Translations under genes and position numbers: made by a program | The notes under the pieces: generated by a model | The model's database searches: none | Told to the model about the DNA's origin: nothing | The model's input: the letters and a program-made list of their open reading frames with translations, nothing else | In this document: positions 45,188 through 56,038 of the stretch, one piece after another | How the letters are laid out: every line of letters starts with the position of its first letter | How positions within the stretch are numbered: position 1 is the first letter of the stretch | Virus record (IMG/VR): IMGVR_UViG_3300017763_000006 | Coordinates: 30,544 to 94,543 of that record | DNA from: a virus | Direction: 5' to 3' (one strand) | DNA: 64,000 bases

Positions 45188-48100
45188 TTACTTAGGTAGC
45201 GTTGAGGTTCCCTTGACAAGCCTACCGCCATCTCCAACTTTAAATGTTTGAATTTCTTTCTTAACTTCTTCAAGAATTTGCGAGCTAACATTTTCTTTAA
45301 CAGCTTGTAATATTCCACCGCCGTTAAGATTAATATTAACTTCCACTGGTTGAACTTGTACTGTCATGCTTACATTTTCTAGCCTTGACACAACGTCAGA
45401 AAAGTCACTTGTAAATTGATCAAATATACTTGTTAAAGCATCAACTGGAACGCCAGACCCTTGGTCAGAAGCTTCTGTTTTTTCATTGTTAAATGTTTGC
45501 GTAAGCATTTTATTCATGTTTGCCAGATGAGTATCTATGCTGGTCAGTAATGATGTTACTGGAGCTAAATCTATAGCCTGTGAAGGTGATCCTTCTGCTG
45601 CCATCATTTGTCCACCAAACAGTGAAGACATTGACGCAGAGTCTGCTGCCTTGAACGGACTACCAGCAGAGTATCCTCCGTTGTCAAATGTACCTTCAGG
45701 TTTGTATTGGCTCGCATCAGCTACAGAAGCCATAGGATCGGCACTAGTTCCCCTAACAAAGTCTGCTACGCTAAATGTAGATGCAGTATCAGCTGCTTGT
45801 TTTTGCGGATCTTCTTGTCCACCAAAACCAAACGCAGAAGCAATACTGCTACCAACATTTCCAGCCATTTGTGCAGCACCACTTGCAATACCAAGCGGAT
45901 CTAGAATACCTCCGGCAGTTTCAGCAGCCCCAGTAACCGCGCCAATAGGATCACTAGCAACACCGGCAGCACCTCCAGCCATTTGTGCAACACTGGTTGC
46001 GACTCCAAGAGGGTTCAACATCGAAGTTACAGAGTCTACCAAAGATTCTGCTGTGCTTCTACCAGCGCTAGCTCCAACCTCGCCCGCTCCTACGTATCCA
46101 CCAAGACCACCAAGGCTTTTTTCGCCTTCCTTTCTTCCAATGTCAGCTCCAATATCTCCTGCAACACCCTTAATGCCATCCAAAAACATATTAGGAATGC
46201 CTTCTCGTGAGTTTACATCAACCACTGAAGCTCCAGCTTCTCTTTCTGCTTGTCTCGCATTTTTAGCTTCAATATTAGCTTGCTTGCGATCAGCATAAGG
46301 ATTGACATCTTCAACAACACTTTTTAGATTTCCTATTATTCCGTTGCCCGCGCTAGATGCTTTGTCTTCAGTTTTACCGCCTAGACCCAACATATCCATT
46401 CCACTTGACAAAAGAGAACCGCCTAGATCCGCTGCCTTAGAACCAATACCAAGTGGGTCTAATACAGACGAAACGCCGCTCATTACTTTTGACATCATTC
46501 CCTTTGATTCAGTAGCTGCAACAGATGCGATTGAAGCTTTAGCTTTGTCTTCGCCTCCCATTGGAACGCCCTTGCCAGCATCTTCACTATAAGTCTTTGT
46601 AAAGTTAAATAAGTCTTGGGCTTTTTCACTACCGGGACCAACAGACATTGCTCCACCGTCACAACACAGTGCGCCACTCTCTAAAGACTGAAGAATCTTT
46701 TGAAGAACATCTACTTCTTCTTTAGAACTTTCTGGTGTAACTTCTACTGCTGCTTCTTTAGCAGCTTCAGATGCAGCTCCTTCTTTTTCGTCTGTAGGAC
46801 CAGTTTTTGATTTCTTGTACAGTTCAACATCCATCATCTTTTGTTTCTTTTCTTCATCGCTAGTATTTCCATAAAGCCAATTGTCAGACTCTATACCTCT
46901 ACTCTTTTCAATATCTTTTTGTCGATCATCAATCATTGTTTGCAGTCTTGCTGCTTCTCCATCGTCTCCTCTTTCTGTCGCTGCCTTCTGTTGTTTCTCA
47001 AGTAGTACTTGACTATTAACAAGGCTTTGTGTTTCTGATGATAATCCATAACTAGGAGTTGCTGGTTTTGATTCTTCTTTTTGTGCTGTTGACTCAACAG
47101 TTGCGTCTACAGCTTGCGATGCTATGTTTTCTTTAGCTGCTTTTACATCTTGATCTATTTTAGCTTCGTCTATTGATGCGGCAGATTCTACTTGTTGTTT
47201 GTTTCCAATATACCCCGGCTTTACTGTTGCAGCTTCTTCAGCAAGACCAGCTTCTGGGCTTTTTTCTTTCTCGCCCGGAGCAGCTGGTGCTTCTAGTACA
47301 GTTTTTTCTGCTTCAACTCCACTAAGCAATCCAACAACATCAAATCCACCGATAGTAGACTTGAGCGCTTCATAACCAGTTGAAATACTGTCAGCTAATG
47401 AGGTAAGTGGGTCTTCTGAGTCAGCTAAATTTGCTTCCATAGCTTTTTGTATATCACTAGAAGCATTTTTATAAGCTACTCCAAAGTCAATAGTGTCATC
47501 TTCCTTCTTAAGTCCAGACTCTCTAGATTCACTCTTAGATATAAAGTCATCAATATTATCTGCCTTATATGTTCCTTTAACTTGTTCTTCTGACATTCCA
47601 AGTCCAGCAGCTACTTCTTTTATGCCTCCTCCTTCTTCTTTGACTTTCTTTGCGAAATTAGTTTCTGCATTTCTTTGTGCTAGTTCATCAGATCTAATCT
47701 TATCTTGTACGCTTAAGTCTTTATAGGCTCCTATTCTTCCAGTTGACTTAGCTTCATTTAATCTTTCGCTTGCAGCTTCAGTCTTTCTGATAGATTTTGC
47801 CTCATCAGTCCTTGCGTTAATAGCGCTCTTTGTAGTCATGACCCCTTCAATAATCTTTGTTACAGGAGCCATAAAACCTTCTAATGCTCCCATTCCGTAA
47901 TCGGAAACTGAACCATCAGAAGTCCTCTCAGACATTTCAGTGAATCGTTTGCCAATACCTTCATTAAAGTTACCTGTGGCTAAATCTTTTAGTGCTTCTC
48001 CCGCGAGCATAACACCGTCTATAGCAGTACTTGCACCCATGCCGCCAGTTCCCTTGGCTAACATACCACCTGTTTTTCCAATACCCTGAGTAAATAAAGA

Positions 48101-51100
48101 TTTTGTAAATTGGCCTGTAGCTTGCCCAGCCGCACTGTTAGCCAAATAACTACCGCCCCTCATGATTCCACTACCAACTGCTCCAACGCCACTCTTGATT
48201 CCACTACCAACTGCTCCAACGCCCCTACCAATCGCTCCAGCAACGCTTTTTGTGCCTCGGTATGCTGCACCAACTGTATTGTCAGCAAGCTTAGAACCAA
48301 AGTCAAGAGCAGGTTGTCCAAAATTCTTACTTGTTTGATATGCTTTACCTAGACGTTCAGTAATACCAGTAGCTCTAGTATTTATACCGCCTGCTAACTG
48401 ACGACCACTATTGAACTTATCAGCTATACCTTTTCCAAAGTTGCTAATTCTTCCAAGTATGCCTGTCTTTGTAGAAGCTTTAACTGCGTCATCGCCAAGT
48501 GTAGCTGCCTTTGCTGCCTTTGAAGCTTGTGCGGCTTTTGTAGCTTGTCTGGCTTGTCTGGCTTTTGATATTCTGTTGGCAAGCTGTCCACCTTTCTCTG
48601 CAAATTTTGGCCCATAATTAATTGCAGCTCTACCCATTTGAGCAATGCCTCCGGGTGAGGACAGAACATTTTTTAATGTACCTAAAACAGTACTGTTCTT
48701 GTTTACAGCGTCAGAAGAGTCTGGGAAATCTCCAGAGTTTACAACATTAACATCGCTGGTTCCACCGCAACACAAGTCAGCTTTACTCATAGATGTAGGA
48801 GACGTAGCGGATGTGTTTTTAAAATCTTTCTCTGCTGTTTCAGGAGTAGATCCTTCCGCGCCAGAACCTTTAGTTCCTTCGCCATCTCCTTTGCCTTCTT
48901 TTGCTTCAGCCACTCTTTTATTAACTAAATCAACCGTCGCCTCTACTAGTTTATCTAGTGAATTAACTAGTTGTCTTTGTACATCAACTGCTCTTTGCGC
49001 ATTTTCCACATTAATGTCTGCATCGCCCTTCATTGATTCAGCAATTCCCTGACCCTGTTTTTGCAATGCTTTAACTTCTGGGCTAGCTTTTGTGCCTTTA
49101 GATGCCATTTCAGATGCTGACTGTGCATCCATGCCTCCTCTCATAAGTCCTGTTGTCCTAACTCTTTGATTGAGGTCTTGTATGTTCATGCCTCTATATT
49201 CTTTAACGCCAGCTTTTTCCAGCGACTCTAGGTTCTTAGATCCTCTACCATAATCTGTTCTGCTAAATCCACCCATTAGCGCTGAATTGCCAGTAGCAGC
49301 AGCTGCAACTGCTCCTTGAGCTGCCATCTCTTCTACAAACTTCTCATAGCTTCCACCAAGCAGTGCATCAGCAGCTTTTTTCTCAGCAGCTTCTTTAGCT
49401 TGTATGGTTTTAATTTCACTCTCAATAGCTTTCATCAATTCTCGTTTAGTCGCAAGTTCTGCTTCAGCAAATGTGCTTACGTCTCTTTCCATTCTCTTGA
49501 AAGCATCTGTTCTCATCTCTCCTTGGGCTTCAACAGCTCCTGCTGTAAATTCTCCTTTATCGTCTGTTTCTCCCGCTCTCATTTGAATGTCTCTAACATT
49601 CTGCTGCGCTCCCCTAACTTCTGACTGTCTTTGAGCCATGCTAGCTGGGTCCATTGTCATCTTTGACAAACCTAGTCCTTCATTTGCTAGATTTCTTTTA
49701 TCTAGTGCTGCACTAGTTCTATCTTCCATAGTAACTTCAGCACCACCAAACTTTTCTATCCAATCCTTAGATTCTAATTCAACATCAATGGCCTTTTGCT
49801 TTGCGTCAATTAAAGCATCTTCTAAATCTAATAATTTTTCACCAGCTTTTATTCTTTGGCTTTCAACTTGTGCAAGTTTTTGTAAAGCTGGTATAACTTG
49901 CGACATTGTAGTCTCACCAAGATCTTTAAGAACATCATCAAGAGCTTGCATGTCACCCGCAAGGATTGCGTTCATTTCTGTCTCACCAATGTCAGCTCCC
50001 TTGAGAGCGTCTAATATTCTTTCTTTTACTTCTGGTCCTATGTCGTCTGGTATTTGATTTACAATGGCTTCAGCAAGAGCCTCTTGTCTTTCAGGTCCAG
50101 TGCCAGCTCCTCCAGCGCCCCTTTGGAACTCAGCCATTAGATTTTCTTTTGCTTCTTTGGTTGCATTAACATAGAATTTTTGAGCAGCATTAATAGCGTT
50201 TATATTTTCTTCAAATTTCTTAATTTCTTTGCCTTTGCCGCCAAGTCTTTTAAGTGCAGCAGAAGCTTGGCTAACTGCATTGTTCCAAGTGCCATCTCCA
50301 ATACCTTGAGCCGCACTTGTGACACCAGCTTGTAATGTTGCTATCGTACTTTCTAAACCGCTAGTGCTACCATCCATTGCTCTCTCTAGGTTTTCTGCTT
50401 GAAGAGCTATGGCTCCAGCAGCGGCCTCTACGCTTTGGAATCCTAAATTCATCGCCTGAAAAGCTTTTTTTGTTCTTTCAGCTTCTTTGGCTACATTTGC
50501 AAATGCTTCTCGTAATTCTTTTTGATCAGCAAGAGCTGCTAAAGATGGATTAGCTGCATTTAACATTTGCATAAAGTCATCAAAACTACCGCCAGCAGCA
50601 GCTACTTGTTTTTGCAAAGCGTTCATCATCGGTTGATTTTGACTTACATACTCTCGCTTGGCTTGATCGCCTTCTTTTGTTCTTGCTTTATTTTCTGCTT
50701 CTACTTTTGTTTTACGTTGTTCACTTGTTCCAAATCCAAAACTAAAACCAATTAAGCTAACTAAGAAATCACCAATAGCGGTTGACATTGTATGTATGGT
50801 TGCAGTTGCGTCAGCATTAGCTTGAGCTATCTCTCGTTGTGTTTGGACTACTTGCTGACCAGTAGAAGCCGTTCTTGATAAAGCCTCACCAGCTGTTATG
50901 AGACCCCTGTTAAATTCATCCTGAGCCTTGGAAGCTTCTTCTCCAGATTTTTTAAGCATTTCATTAGTTTTTACCAACGACGCTTCAGCCCTTGCTCTAG
51001 AAACAGCGGCCTTTCTTGCTTTTTCACCACTTCCAGTTAACCAATTTAATATTTTACCTAGATTAAATAAAGGTAAAGCAATCATCCAAAGACCTTCTTG

Positions 51101-54100
51101 AAATTGTTTCCATCCCTCTTCGTCTGAAGCAGATGCGCCCGCTTTATCAACATCCCCAGCTTCAACGGCAGCTTCTTTCATTTGCTTGGCGTACTCTTCT
51201 CCAGCTCTACCAACAGCTCCTAACACTAAAGCAAAACCAACTAACACAGCAGTAACTGCAATAATAGCAGCAACAACAGGAAACATAGCCACCAATTCCG
51301 CTATTTTAGCAATAGCTACAGCAAACGATCCAGTAGCTTCAGCACCATCAGCCACGAGCGCAGTAGCACTCGCCGCAGCTTCAGCCTTATCAGCGGTTCC
51401 AGCAGCTATAGATGCTGCAATAGCTGCTCTTTCAGCTTTCATCAATTTCTGCATTAACCCTACATTTCTTCTTGTGGCGAGAATGTTATCGCCAACTCCT
51501 TTTTTTAGACCTCCAAAGATGCCAGTTAAACTCATAGCTCCAGACTGAAAACTCATTATTGCACTATGGGCTTTTGTTGCTCCATCAGCAAGCAATTTCA
51601 TACCACCCATTGCTTGAAAAGTTCCAATCAAGGCAGTAGCTTGTACCGCTAAATCAACAAACTGTTTACCAAGATGAGCCATGAACCCAGAGTTCTCGTC
51701 TATAGTAGGAGACAATGCTACTAAACCAGCAGTAATAGCACCTAGAGCCATCATCATTCCCATGAATTGCCCTGAACTATCTTCTACCGCTTTATTGTTA
51801 TCATTTTTAGCACTAGTACTATCATCAGCAGCGTCGGCATCTGCCTGTGTCGAAACGACATGTTGCTGCGTTGCTTCCATGTCAGCCAAGACTTGCGCCG
51901 TGTGATCAACTTGTGCTTGTGCGGCATCTACTTGAGCTTGGCTTCCTGACCCAAGTTGTGTGGTCATGGTAATTAAAGCTTGAGCAACAGTGTTAGCGGC
52001 TTGACCAAGAGCCTGCAAAGCAGATTGCAATCCGCTAGTATCAATCATTATTTGCCCGCCAGATTGAACTCCACTTCCACTACTTCCCGATTGGAAGCCT
52101 TGAACCATAGTTCCAACGATTCCACCTTTGGCATATTTGCCAACCTTATTCATTTTATTTAATTTGCCATATCCAATTTCTTGTGCAGATTTCTTATTAA
52201 TGACAAACTCGCCGGGAGTCAACAAAGCAGGCGTTGTGTCGCTTCCCGATGGGCCACCAAATGCTCTCGTAAGCAATTTCTGTGCTTGCTCTGATCCTGA
52301 TTTTCCTTGTGCAGAATTGGGGAATCCCATGCCTTGTCTAGCGCCTTGAGCTGTTTTGTAAGTGTTAAAAGCTTTTTCGGCTATAGGCGTAATAACTTTT
52401 TTCAATTCATCGGCAGCATTTGCTGCTTCAAAGTTTTTAATCTTCTTTGTAAAACTAGCAATATTATCACTACTATAAGTATTCTTAGCATCACCAGCAT
52501 CACCAGCGTAAGAACCCAAACCAAACATACCAGCGGTTGGGCCTAAGCCTTTAGGAAAATCAAAGTCTGCACCAGCATCTCTATCGTTTCCATATGGCGT
52601 ACCTAAACTGAGTATGCTAGCCTCAAACAAACTACCTACTACTGCCTCAAGGTTAGCAGATTTAAGTATGGAGGCTTGGTTTCCGGGTTGAGCTTTAAAA
52701 TCTTCTGATAAGTCTGTAGCTCCTTTTGCTACAGTTTTATGAATTCCCGTCAATAATGTGTTTTCTAATTGCTCTGCTTTACTTTTTTCTAAAGATCCAG
52801 CAAATATATTAAACCCTTGTTCTCTTCCTTGAGACTTAGCTTTAATCTGATCTTTTTCTTTCTTTATTGCTAAACCTATCTGTGAATCTTTTTTAGTACC
52901 AGCAATAATTTTATTTAAAGCAGCATTATTATCTAGTGCTTTAAGAATTTCAGATTGTGGAATTGTTCCTTCTATAGCTTTAGTTTTGCCAACCGGATTT
53001 AAAAATGCACCAGTATATGTCCCTTTGTCTTTGCCAAGAGCAGCCGCAGTTTTTTTGTCTAGTGAATCTAAGTCTCCAAGCAATCTAACTCTACCAATTC
53101 CATCTTCACCTTGTCTGCCCGTTTTGCTTAGTTGTGATCCTTTAGACATTTTTCCTTTCATTTCGGCAACCGTCAGACTACTATTGTTTGGCATATATTC
53201 TTCTGCTTCTCCTCCGTAATTTAACATCTGAACAATGCCACCCTTGTTGTACTTCCCGCTGTTCATTGCAGACAACTTGTTTTTACCAAGTTTGCCCACG
53301 CTGCTTTTCTTAATGACAAATTCACCGGGAGTCAACATTGCTGGAACAGTATCTTTATTACCAACGCCGGGAACTAAACCTCCACTCGCAAAAGCCTGTA
53401 TCTTGCCGCCGTCTTTTTTGCCAATAGATCCAGCCAAGCCACCTAAGAACCCACTAATATTCTGAGTGAATTTTATAGCTGCGAATCCAGCAAGTAGTGG
53501 TAATATAGGTCTTACTGCATCTGCTAATTTAATCATAGCGCTAGCTAAACTTAATACAGTGTCAGCCATTATTTGGAATGTAGAAGTTGTTGTTACATTA
53601 CGTATTAATTCTAAGAACTCTTCTTTAACTTTAGTTATCTGTACAGCTAGTGCAGCTTGAGCTTTTGCTGCGTCACTAGCTAAACTTCCAGAGCCAGCCT
53701 GAGCTACATTCAAAGCCTCTTGAGCTACAGAGAATTGTTGAAGCAAAGGTAAAACTTTACCAATCTGCCTAAATCCACCTAACTGTTCTGCAATTTGAAC
53801 AAATGTTAAGTCTCTCTCTCCAAGACCTTTTAGAGCTTGGGACAATCTTCTGGTAGCTTCATACGGACCTACGAACTTACCTTCAATATCAGTTAGCTCT
53901 ACGCCAAACTGTCTGAGATATTCAATAGTTTGTGGGCGTTGAATACGAGTAAATATAGTACGTAAACCAGTAGCAATACTTTCAGCAGACTCTCGCGTAG
54001 TAGCTCTAACACTAGTAAATAATGCAATAAGTTCATTTAAGTCACCACCAGCAGACTTAAACACACCACCAGTTCTACGAATGACTGCAACTAAGTCACC

Positions 54101-54751
54101 AGCCTCAACAGCAAACTGACCAGCTACAGCATTTAAAGAACCAAGTTGAGCTTCTAATGCAGCAGCGCCTTGACCAAACTGATTAAGAATAGCAACAGCA
54201 CCTTCAGCCGTTTGAGAGATATTGTCAAACGTAGGAGCTAACTCTGTTTTAGCTAAAGTCCCTAATGCTATCTGGGTGTCTTTAGCAGACAAACCTGTCT
54301 GAGCAAGAATACGAGAAACGCTTAATAAGCTTTGAGAAGAAACACCCAAACTAGTGGAAAGATTAGAAATAGTTCCAACAAGACCATTTAGTCCCGCTAC
54401 TGTTTTACCAGTTACTTGAGAAATCTTTACGAGTTCTCTTTCAAAATCAATAGACGATTGTATAGCGCCACTAAGAGTAGTAGTAAATAAACTAACAGTC
54501 CTAGTTGCTATAGCCAGCGCGGAAAATCTTCTAATAGAAGCCGCAAAGCTTCTCCCCATCTTATTGCTAGCAGTAGTAGCTTCGTTTGTTGCTTTTGTAA
54601 TATTTTGTATATTACGTTGAGCTTTTGCGGCGTTCTGAACCTGTACCTGTACATTGACCCCCTGCAACTGCTGTTGTATTTTGTTCACAACCTGAGTAAC
54701 ATTTTTGGGAGCTTGTAACTGTAACTCTGCCGTCAGCACGAATTTTGCCAT
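45188..54751 (-). CDS. Tape measure protein (TP901-type core, 3187 aa)
   Basis: IDFERELVKISQVTG core, Ala/Gln-rich helical composition, hydrophobic segments, DT.PA.LTPGEFV motifs, located downstream of chaperones and tail tube. Confidence 0.93.
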   Translation of the reverse strand: MAKFVLTAELQLQAPKNVTQVVNKIQQQLQGVNVQVQVQNAAKAQRNIQNITKATNEATTASNKMGRSFAASIRRFSALAIATRTVSLFTTTLSGAIQSSIDFERELVKISQVTGKTVAGLNGLVGTISNLSTSLGVSSQSLLSVSRILAQTGLSAKDTQIALGTLAKTELAPTFDNISQTAEGAVAILNQFGQGAAALEAQLGSLNAVAGQFAVEAGDLVAVIRRTGGVFKSAGGDLNELIALFTSVRATTRESAESIATGLRTIFTRIQRPQTIEYLRQFGVELTDIEGKFVGPYEATRRLSQALKGLGERDLTFVQIAEQLGGFRQIGKVLPLLQQFSVAQEALNVAQAGSGSLASDAAKAQAALAVQITKVKEEFLELIRNVTTTSTFQIMADTVLSLASAMIKLADAVRPILPLLAGFAAIKFTQNISGFLGGLAGSIGKKDGGKIQAFASGGLVPGVGNKDTVPAMLTPGEFVIKKSSVGKLGKNKLSAMNSGKYNKGGIVQMLNYGGEAEEYMPNNSSLTVAEMKGKMSKGSQLSKTGRQGEDGIGRVRLLGDLDSLDKKTAAALGKDKGTYTGAFLNPVGKTKAIEGTIPQSEILKALDNNAALNKIIAGTKKDSQIGLAIKKEKDQIKAKSQGREQGFNIFAGSLEKSKAEQLENTLLTGIHKTVAKGATDLSEDFKAQPGNQASILKSANLEAVVGSLFEASILSLGTPYGNDRDAGADFDFPKGLGPTAGMFGLGSYAGDAGDAKNTYSSDNIASFTKKIKNFEAANAADELKKVITPIAEKAFNTYKTAQGARQGMGFPNSAQGKSGSEQAQKLLTRAFGGPSGSDTTPALLTPGEFVINKKSAQEIGYGKLNKMNKVGKYAKGGIVGTMVQGFQSGSSGSGVQSGGQIMIDTSGLQSALQALGQAANTVAQALITMTTQLGSGSQAQVDAAQAQVDHTAQVLADMEATQQHVVSTQADADAADDSTSAKNDNNKAVEDSSGQFMGMMMALGAITAGLVALSPTIDENSGFMAHLGKQFVDLAVQATALIGTFQAMGGMKLLADGATKAHSAIMSFQSGAMSLTGIFGGLKKGVGDNILATRRNVGLMQKLMKAERAAIAASIAAGTADKAEAAASATALVADGAEATGSFAVAIAKIAELVAMFPVVAAIIAVTAVLVGFALVLGAVGRAGEEYAKQMKEAAVEAGDVDKAGASASDEEGWKQFQEGLWMIALPLFNLGKILNWLTGSGEKARKAAVSRARAEASLVKTNEMLKKSGEEASKAQDEFNRGLITAGEALSRTASTGQQVVQTQREIAQANADATATIHTMSTAIGDFLVSLIGFSFGFGTSEQRKTKVEAENKARTKEGDQAKREYVSQNQPMMNALQKQVAAAGGSFDDFMQMLNAANPSLAALADQKELREAFANVAKEAERTKKAFQAMNLGFQSVEAAAGAIALQAENLERAMDGSTSGLESTIATLQAGVTSAAQGIGDGTWNNAVSQASAALKRLGGKGKEIKKFEENINAINAAQKFYVNATKEAKENLMAEFQRGAGGAGTGPERQEALAEAIVNQIPDDIGPEVKERILDALKGADIGETEMNAILAGDMQALDDVLKDLGETTMSQVIPALQKLAQVESQRIKAGEKLLDLEDALIDAKQKAIDVELESKDWIEKFGGAEVTMEDRTSAALDKRNLANEGLGLSKMTMDPASMAQRQSEVRGAQQNVRDIQMRAGETDDKGEFTAGAVEAQGEMRTDAFKRMERDVSTFAEAELATKRELMKAIESEIKTIQAKEAAEKKAADALLGGSYEKFVEEMAAQGAVAAAATGNSALMGGFSRTDYGRGSKNLESLEKAGVKEYRGMNIQDLNQRVRTTGLMRGGMDAQSASEMASKGTKASPEVKALQKQGQGIAESMKGDADINVENAQRAVDVQRQLVNSLDKLVEATVDLVNKRVAEAKEGKGDGEGTKGSGAEGSTPETAEKDFKNTSATSPTSMSKADLCCGGTSDVNVVNSGDFPDSSDAVNKNSTVLGTLKNVLSSPGGIAQMGRAAINYGPKFAEKGGQLANRISKARQARQATKAAQASKAAKAATLGDDAVKASTKTGILGRISNFGKGIADKFNSGRQLAGGINTRATGITERLGKAYQTSKNFGQPALDFGSKLADNTVGAAYRGTKSVAGAIGRGVGAVGSGIKSGVGAVGSGIMRGGSYLANSAAGQATGQFTKSLFTQGIGKTGGMLAKGTGGMGASTAIDGVMLAGEALKDLATGNFNEGIGKRFTEMSERTSDGSVSDYGMGALEGFMAPVTKIIEGVMTTKSAINARTDEAKSIRKTEAASERLNEAKSTGRIGAYKDLSVQDKIRSDELAQRNAETNFAKKVKEEGGGIKEVAAGLGMSEEQVKGTYKADNIDDFISKSESRESGLKKEDDTIDFGVAYKNASSDIQKAMEANLADSEDPLTSLADSISTGYEALKSTIGGFDVVGLLSGVEAEKTVLEAPAAPGEKEKSPEAGLAEEAATVKPGYIGNKQQVESAASIDEAKIDQDVKAAKENIASQAVDATVESTAQKEESKPATPSYGLSSETQSLVNSQVLLEKQQKAATERGDDGEAARLQTMIDDRQKDIEKSRGIESDNWLYGNTSDEEKKQKMMDVELYKKSKTGPTDEKEGAASEAAKEAAVEVTPESSKEEVDVLQKILQSLESGALCCDGGAMSVGPGSEKAQDLFNFTKTYSEDAGKGVPMGGEDKAKASIASVAATESKGMMSKVMSGVSSVLDPLGIGSKAADLGGSLLSSGMDMLGLGGKTEDKASSAGNGIIGNLKSVVEDVNPYADRKQANIEAKNARQAEREAGASVVDVNSREGIPNMFLDGIKGVAGDIGADIGRKEGEKSLGGLGGYVGAGEVGASAGRSTAESLVDSVTSMLNPLGVATSVAQMAGGAAGVASDPIGAVTGAAETAGGILDPLGIASGAAQMAGNVGSSIASAFGFGGQEDPQKQAADTASTFSVADFVRGTSADPMASVADASQYKPEGTFDNGGYSAGSPFKAADSASMSSLFGGQMMAAEGSPSQAIDLAPVTSLLTSIDTHLANMNKMLTQTFNNEKTEASDQGSGVPVDALTSIFDQFTSDFSDVVSRLENVSMTVQVQPVEVNINLNGGGILQAVKENVSSQILEEVKKEIQTFKVGDGGRLVKGTSTLPK
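48163..48223. repeat. 33-nt-period tandem repeat (28 nt identical) encoding 11-aa GVGAVGSGI repeats
   Basis: tgattccactaccaactgctccaacgcc at 48163-48190 and 48196-48223. Confidence 0.9.
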
Positions 54752-54811
54752 CTAATACCCCTATTAAATTTTTAGTATATCGCACTGTCGTTAGCCTGTC
54801 CGCTTTTTATC

Positions 54812-55723
54812 TTAGTTATCTACCTCGTCTTCTCCAGCTTCTTCATCTTGTGGAAAAGTTTGTTGAACTGGATCTTCTTCTTTTGCTTTTTTTGTTTTCT
54901 TTGGCTTTTCTGGCTCTACATCATTAACGTCATCTTCATAGTCAGCTTGTAAAAGAATTTGACCAGCATCAGATAGTAAGTTCCCCTCTCTATCTACTCT
55001 CTGACCTTCATCATTTATTAACCAACCTTTGTCGTTAACCTTAGTGCCATCTACGTCTATTTTATTTCCATCTTTATCAATAAGAGAAAGATCGTCATCT
55101 ACAAGTTTGAATCGTTTAAGAAATTGATTTTCTGGCAATCCTTCCTCGTAGCTCTTATCTAAGTTATATATCATTTCTCCCAATGCTGCTGCTGCCGCAA
55201 ATGCAACGGGATCATCTGATTTTTCCTCATACTCTGCTAAGTTATTATACACTTTTTCTCCGGTAGGATAATAGGTACAGCCAGCAACTAAATAATTAAA
55301 TTTTGCATTATCAGAAAGACCTTCTGCGGTATTAGCTTCTAGTCCAATTTTTTCAGAAATAAGCTCCCGTAATTGGTTTCTAAGCCGTCTAATTTCAAGA
55401 GCCTTTTCCTTACCCTGAGACACTTTAAGCTTCTTACCGTTGACACCAAGGGCTATTTCACGCTCTAGAGATTGTATCTGCTCTGTTATCTTGTTTTGCT
55501 GGTCCTCTTTTTCTTCGTTCCATATTCCATTTTCCTTCATAAATTTATTCAAAGTTAATTTAGTAAATAATCCATCACGTACAGATTCAGTCCATGATTT
55601 AGCTCCAATTTTTTGAGCTTTAGTCAGCTGTGAAGAATTTGGTCTTCTGACGACTATTTTAATAACTTCGCCGTCTTCAAGTTCTACGTCCACATCTTTT
55701 TCTTTAATTCTTTCCTTACTCAT
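54812..55723 (-). CDS. Tail assembly chaperone-like protein
   Basis: Immediately upstream of TMP; IVVRRP N-terminus, helical core, acidic tail. Confidence 0.6.
   Translation of the reverse strand: MSKERIKEKDVDVELEDGEVIKIVVRRPNSSQLTKAQKIGAKSWTESVRDGLFTKLTLNKFMKENGIWNEEKEDQQNKITEQIQSLEREIALGVNGKKLKVSQGKEKALEIRRLRNQLRELISEKIGLEANTAEGLSDNAKFNYLVAGCTYYPTGEKVYNNLAEYEEKSDDPVAFAAAAALGEMIYNLDKSYEEGLPENQFLKRFKLVDDDLSLIDKDGNKIDVDGTKVNDKGWLINDEGQRVDREGNLLSDAGQILLQADYEDDVNDVEPEKPKKTKKAKEEDPVQQTFPQDEEAGEDEVDN
55243..55252 (-). promoter_or_regulatory. GTGTATAATA motif, intragenic, about 490 nt upstream of TMP start
   Basis: Exact match to 19464 and 33154 copies. Confidence 0.4.
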
Positions 55724-56036
55724 GTTTATCTCCTTTATTTTGAACCTGTAAATGTAAAGTATTCCTTAGCCACTCAATCTCGTATTGAGACAATTCAATG
55801 TCTATATTCCTAGCCTGATGATTGCCCTTATCTAAAACTTCAGATCTAACTTTTTGAAAAAGCTCACCCATTTTTTTGTGTTCTTCAGTTTCTCCTTCCC
55901 ACAAAAAACCAAAGTGTTCCTCGATAGAACTCAGAGATCCTATCATGGTTGTTTGTATTTTTTTCTTTAGTATAGAGGAAAGTCTTTCTTTAGACTTTTC
56001 TTTATAATTACTAAATCTTCTGAATGAATAATCCAT
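55716..56036 (-). CDS. Hypothetical protein
   Basis: 106-aa coupled ORF with GGAG SD. Confidence 0.7.
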   Translation of the reverse strand: MDYSFRRFSNYKEKSKERLSSILKKKIQTTMIGSLSSIEEHFGFLWEGETEEHKKMGELFQKVRSEVLDKGNHQARNIDIELSQYEIEWLRNTLHLQVQNKGDKHE

Positions 56037-56038
56037 TT

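Noticed and set aside
45537-53660. Many + strand ORFs (up to 253 aa) antisense to the tape measure gene
   Set aside because: Shadow ORFs caused by Ala/Gly/Ser codon bias; no recognisable domains
54887-54893. A7 slippery run as chaperone -1 frameshift site
   Set aside because: The -1 frame stops after about 14 codons; the run simply encodes Lys-rich sequence
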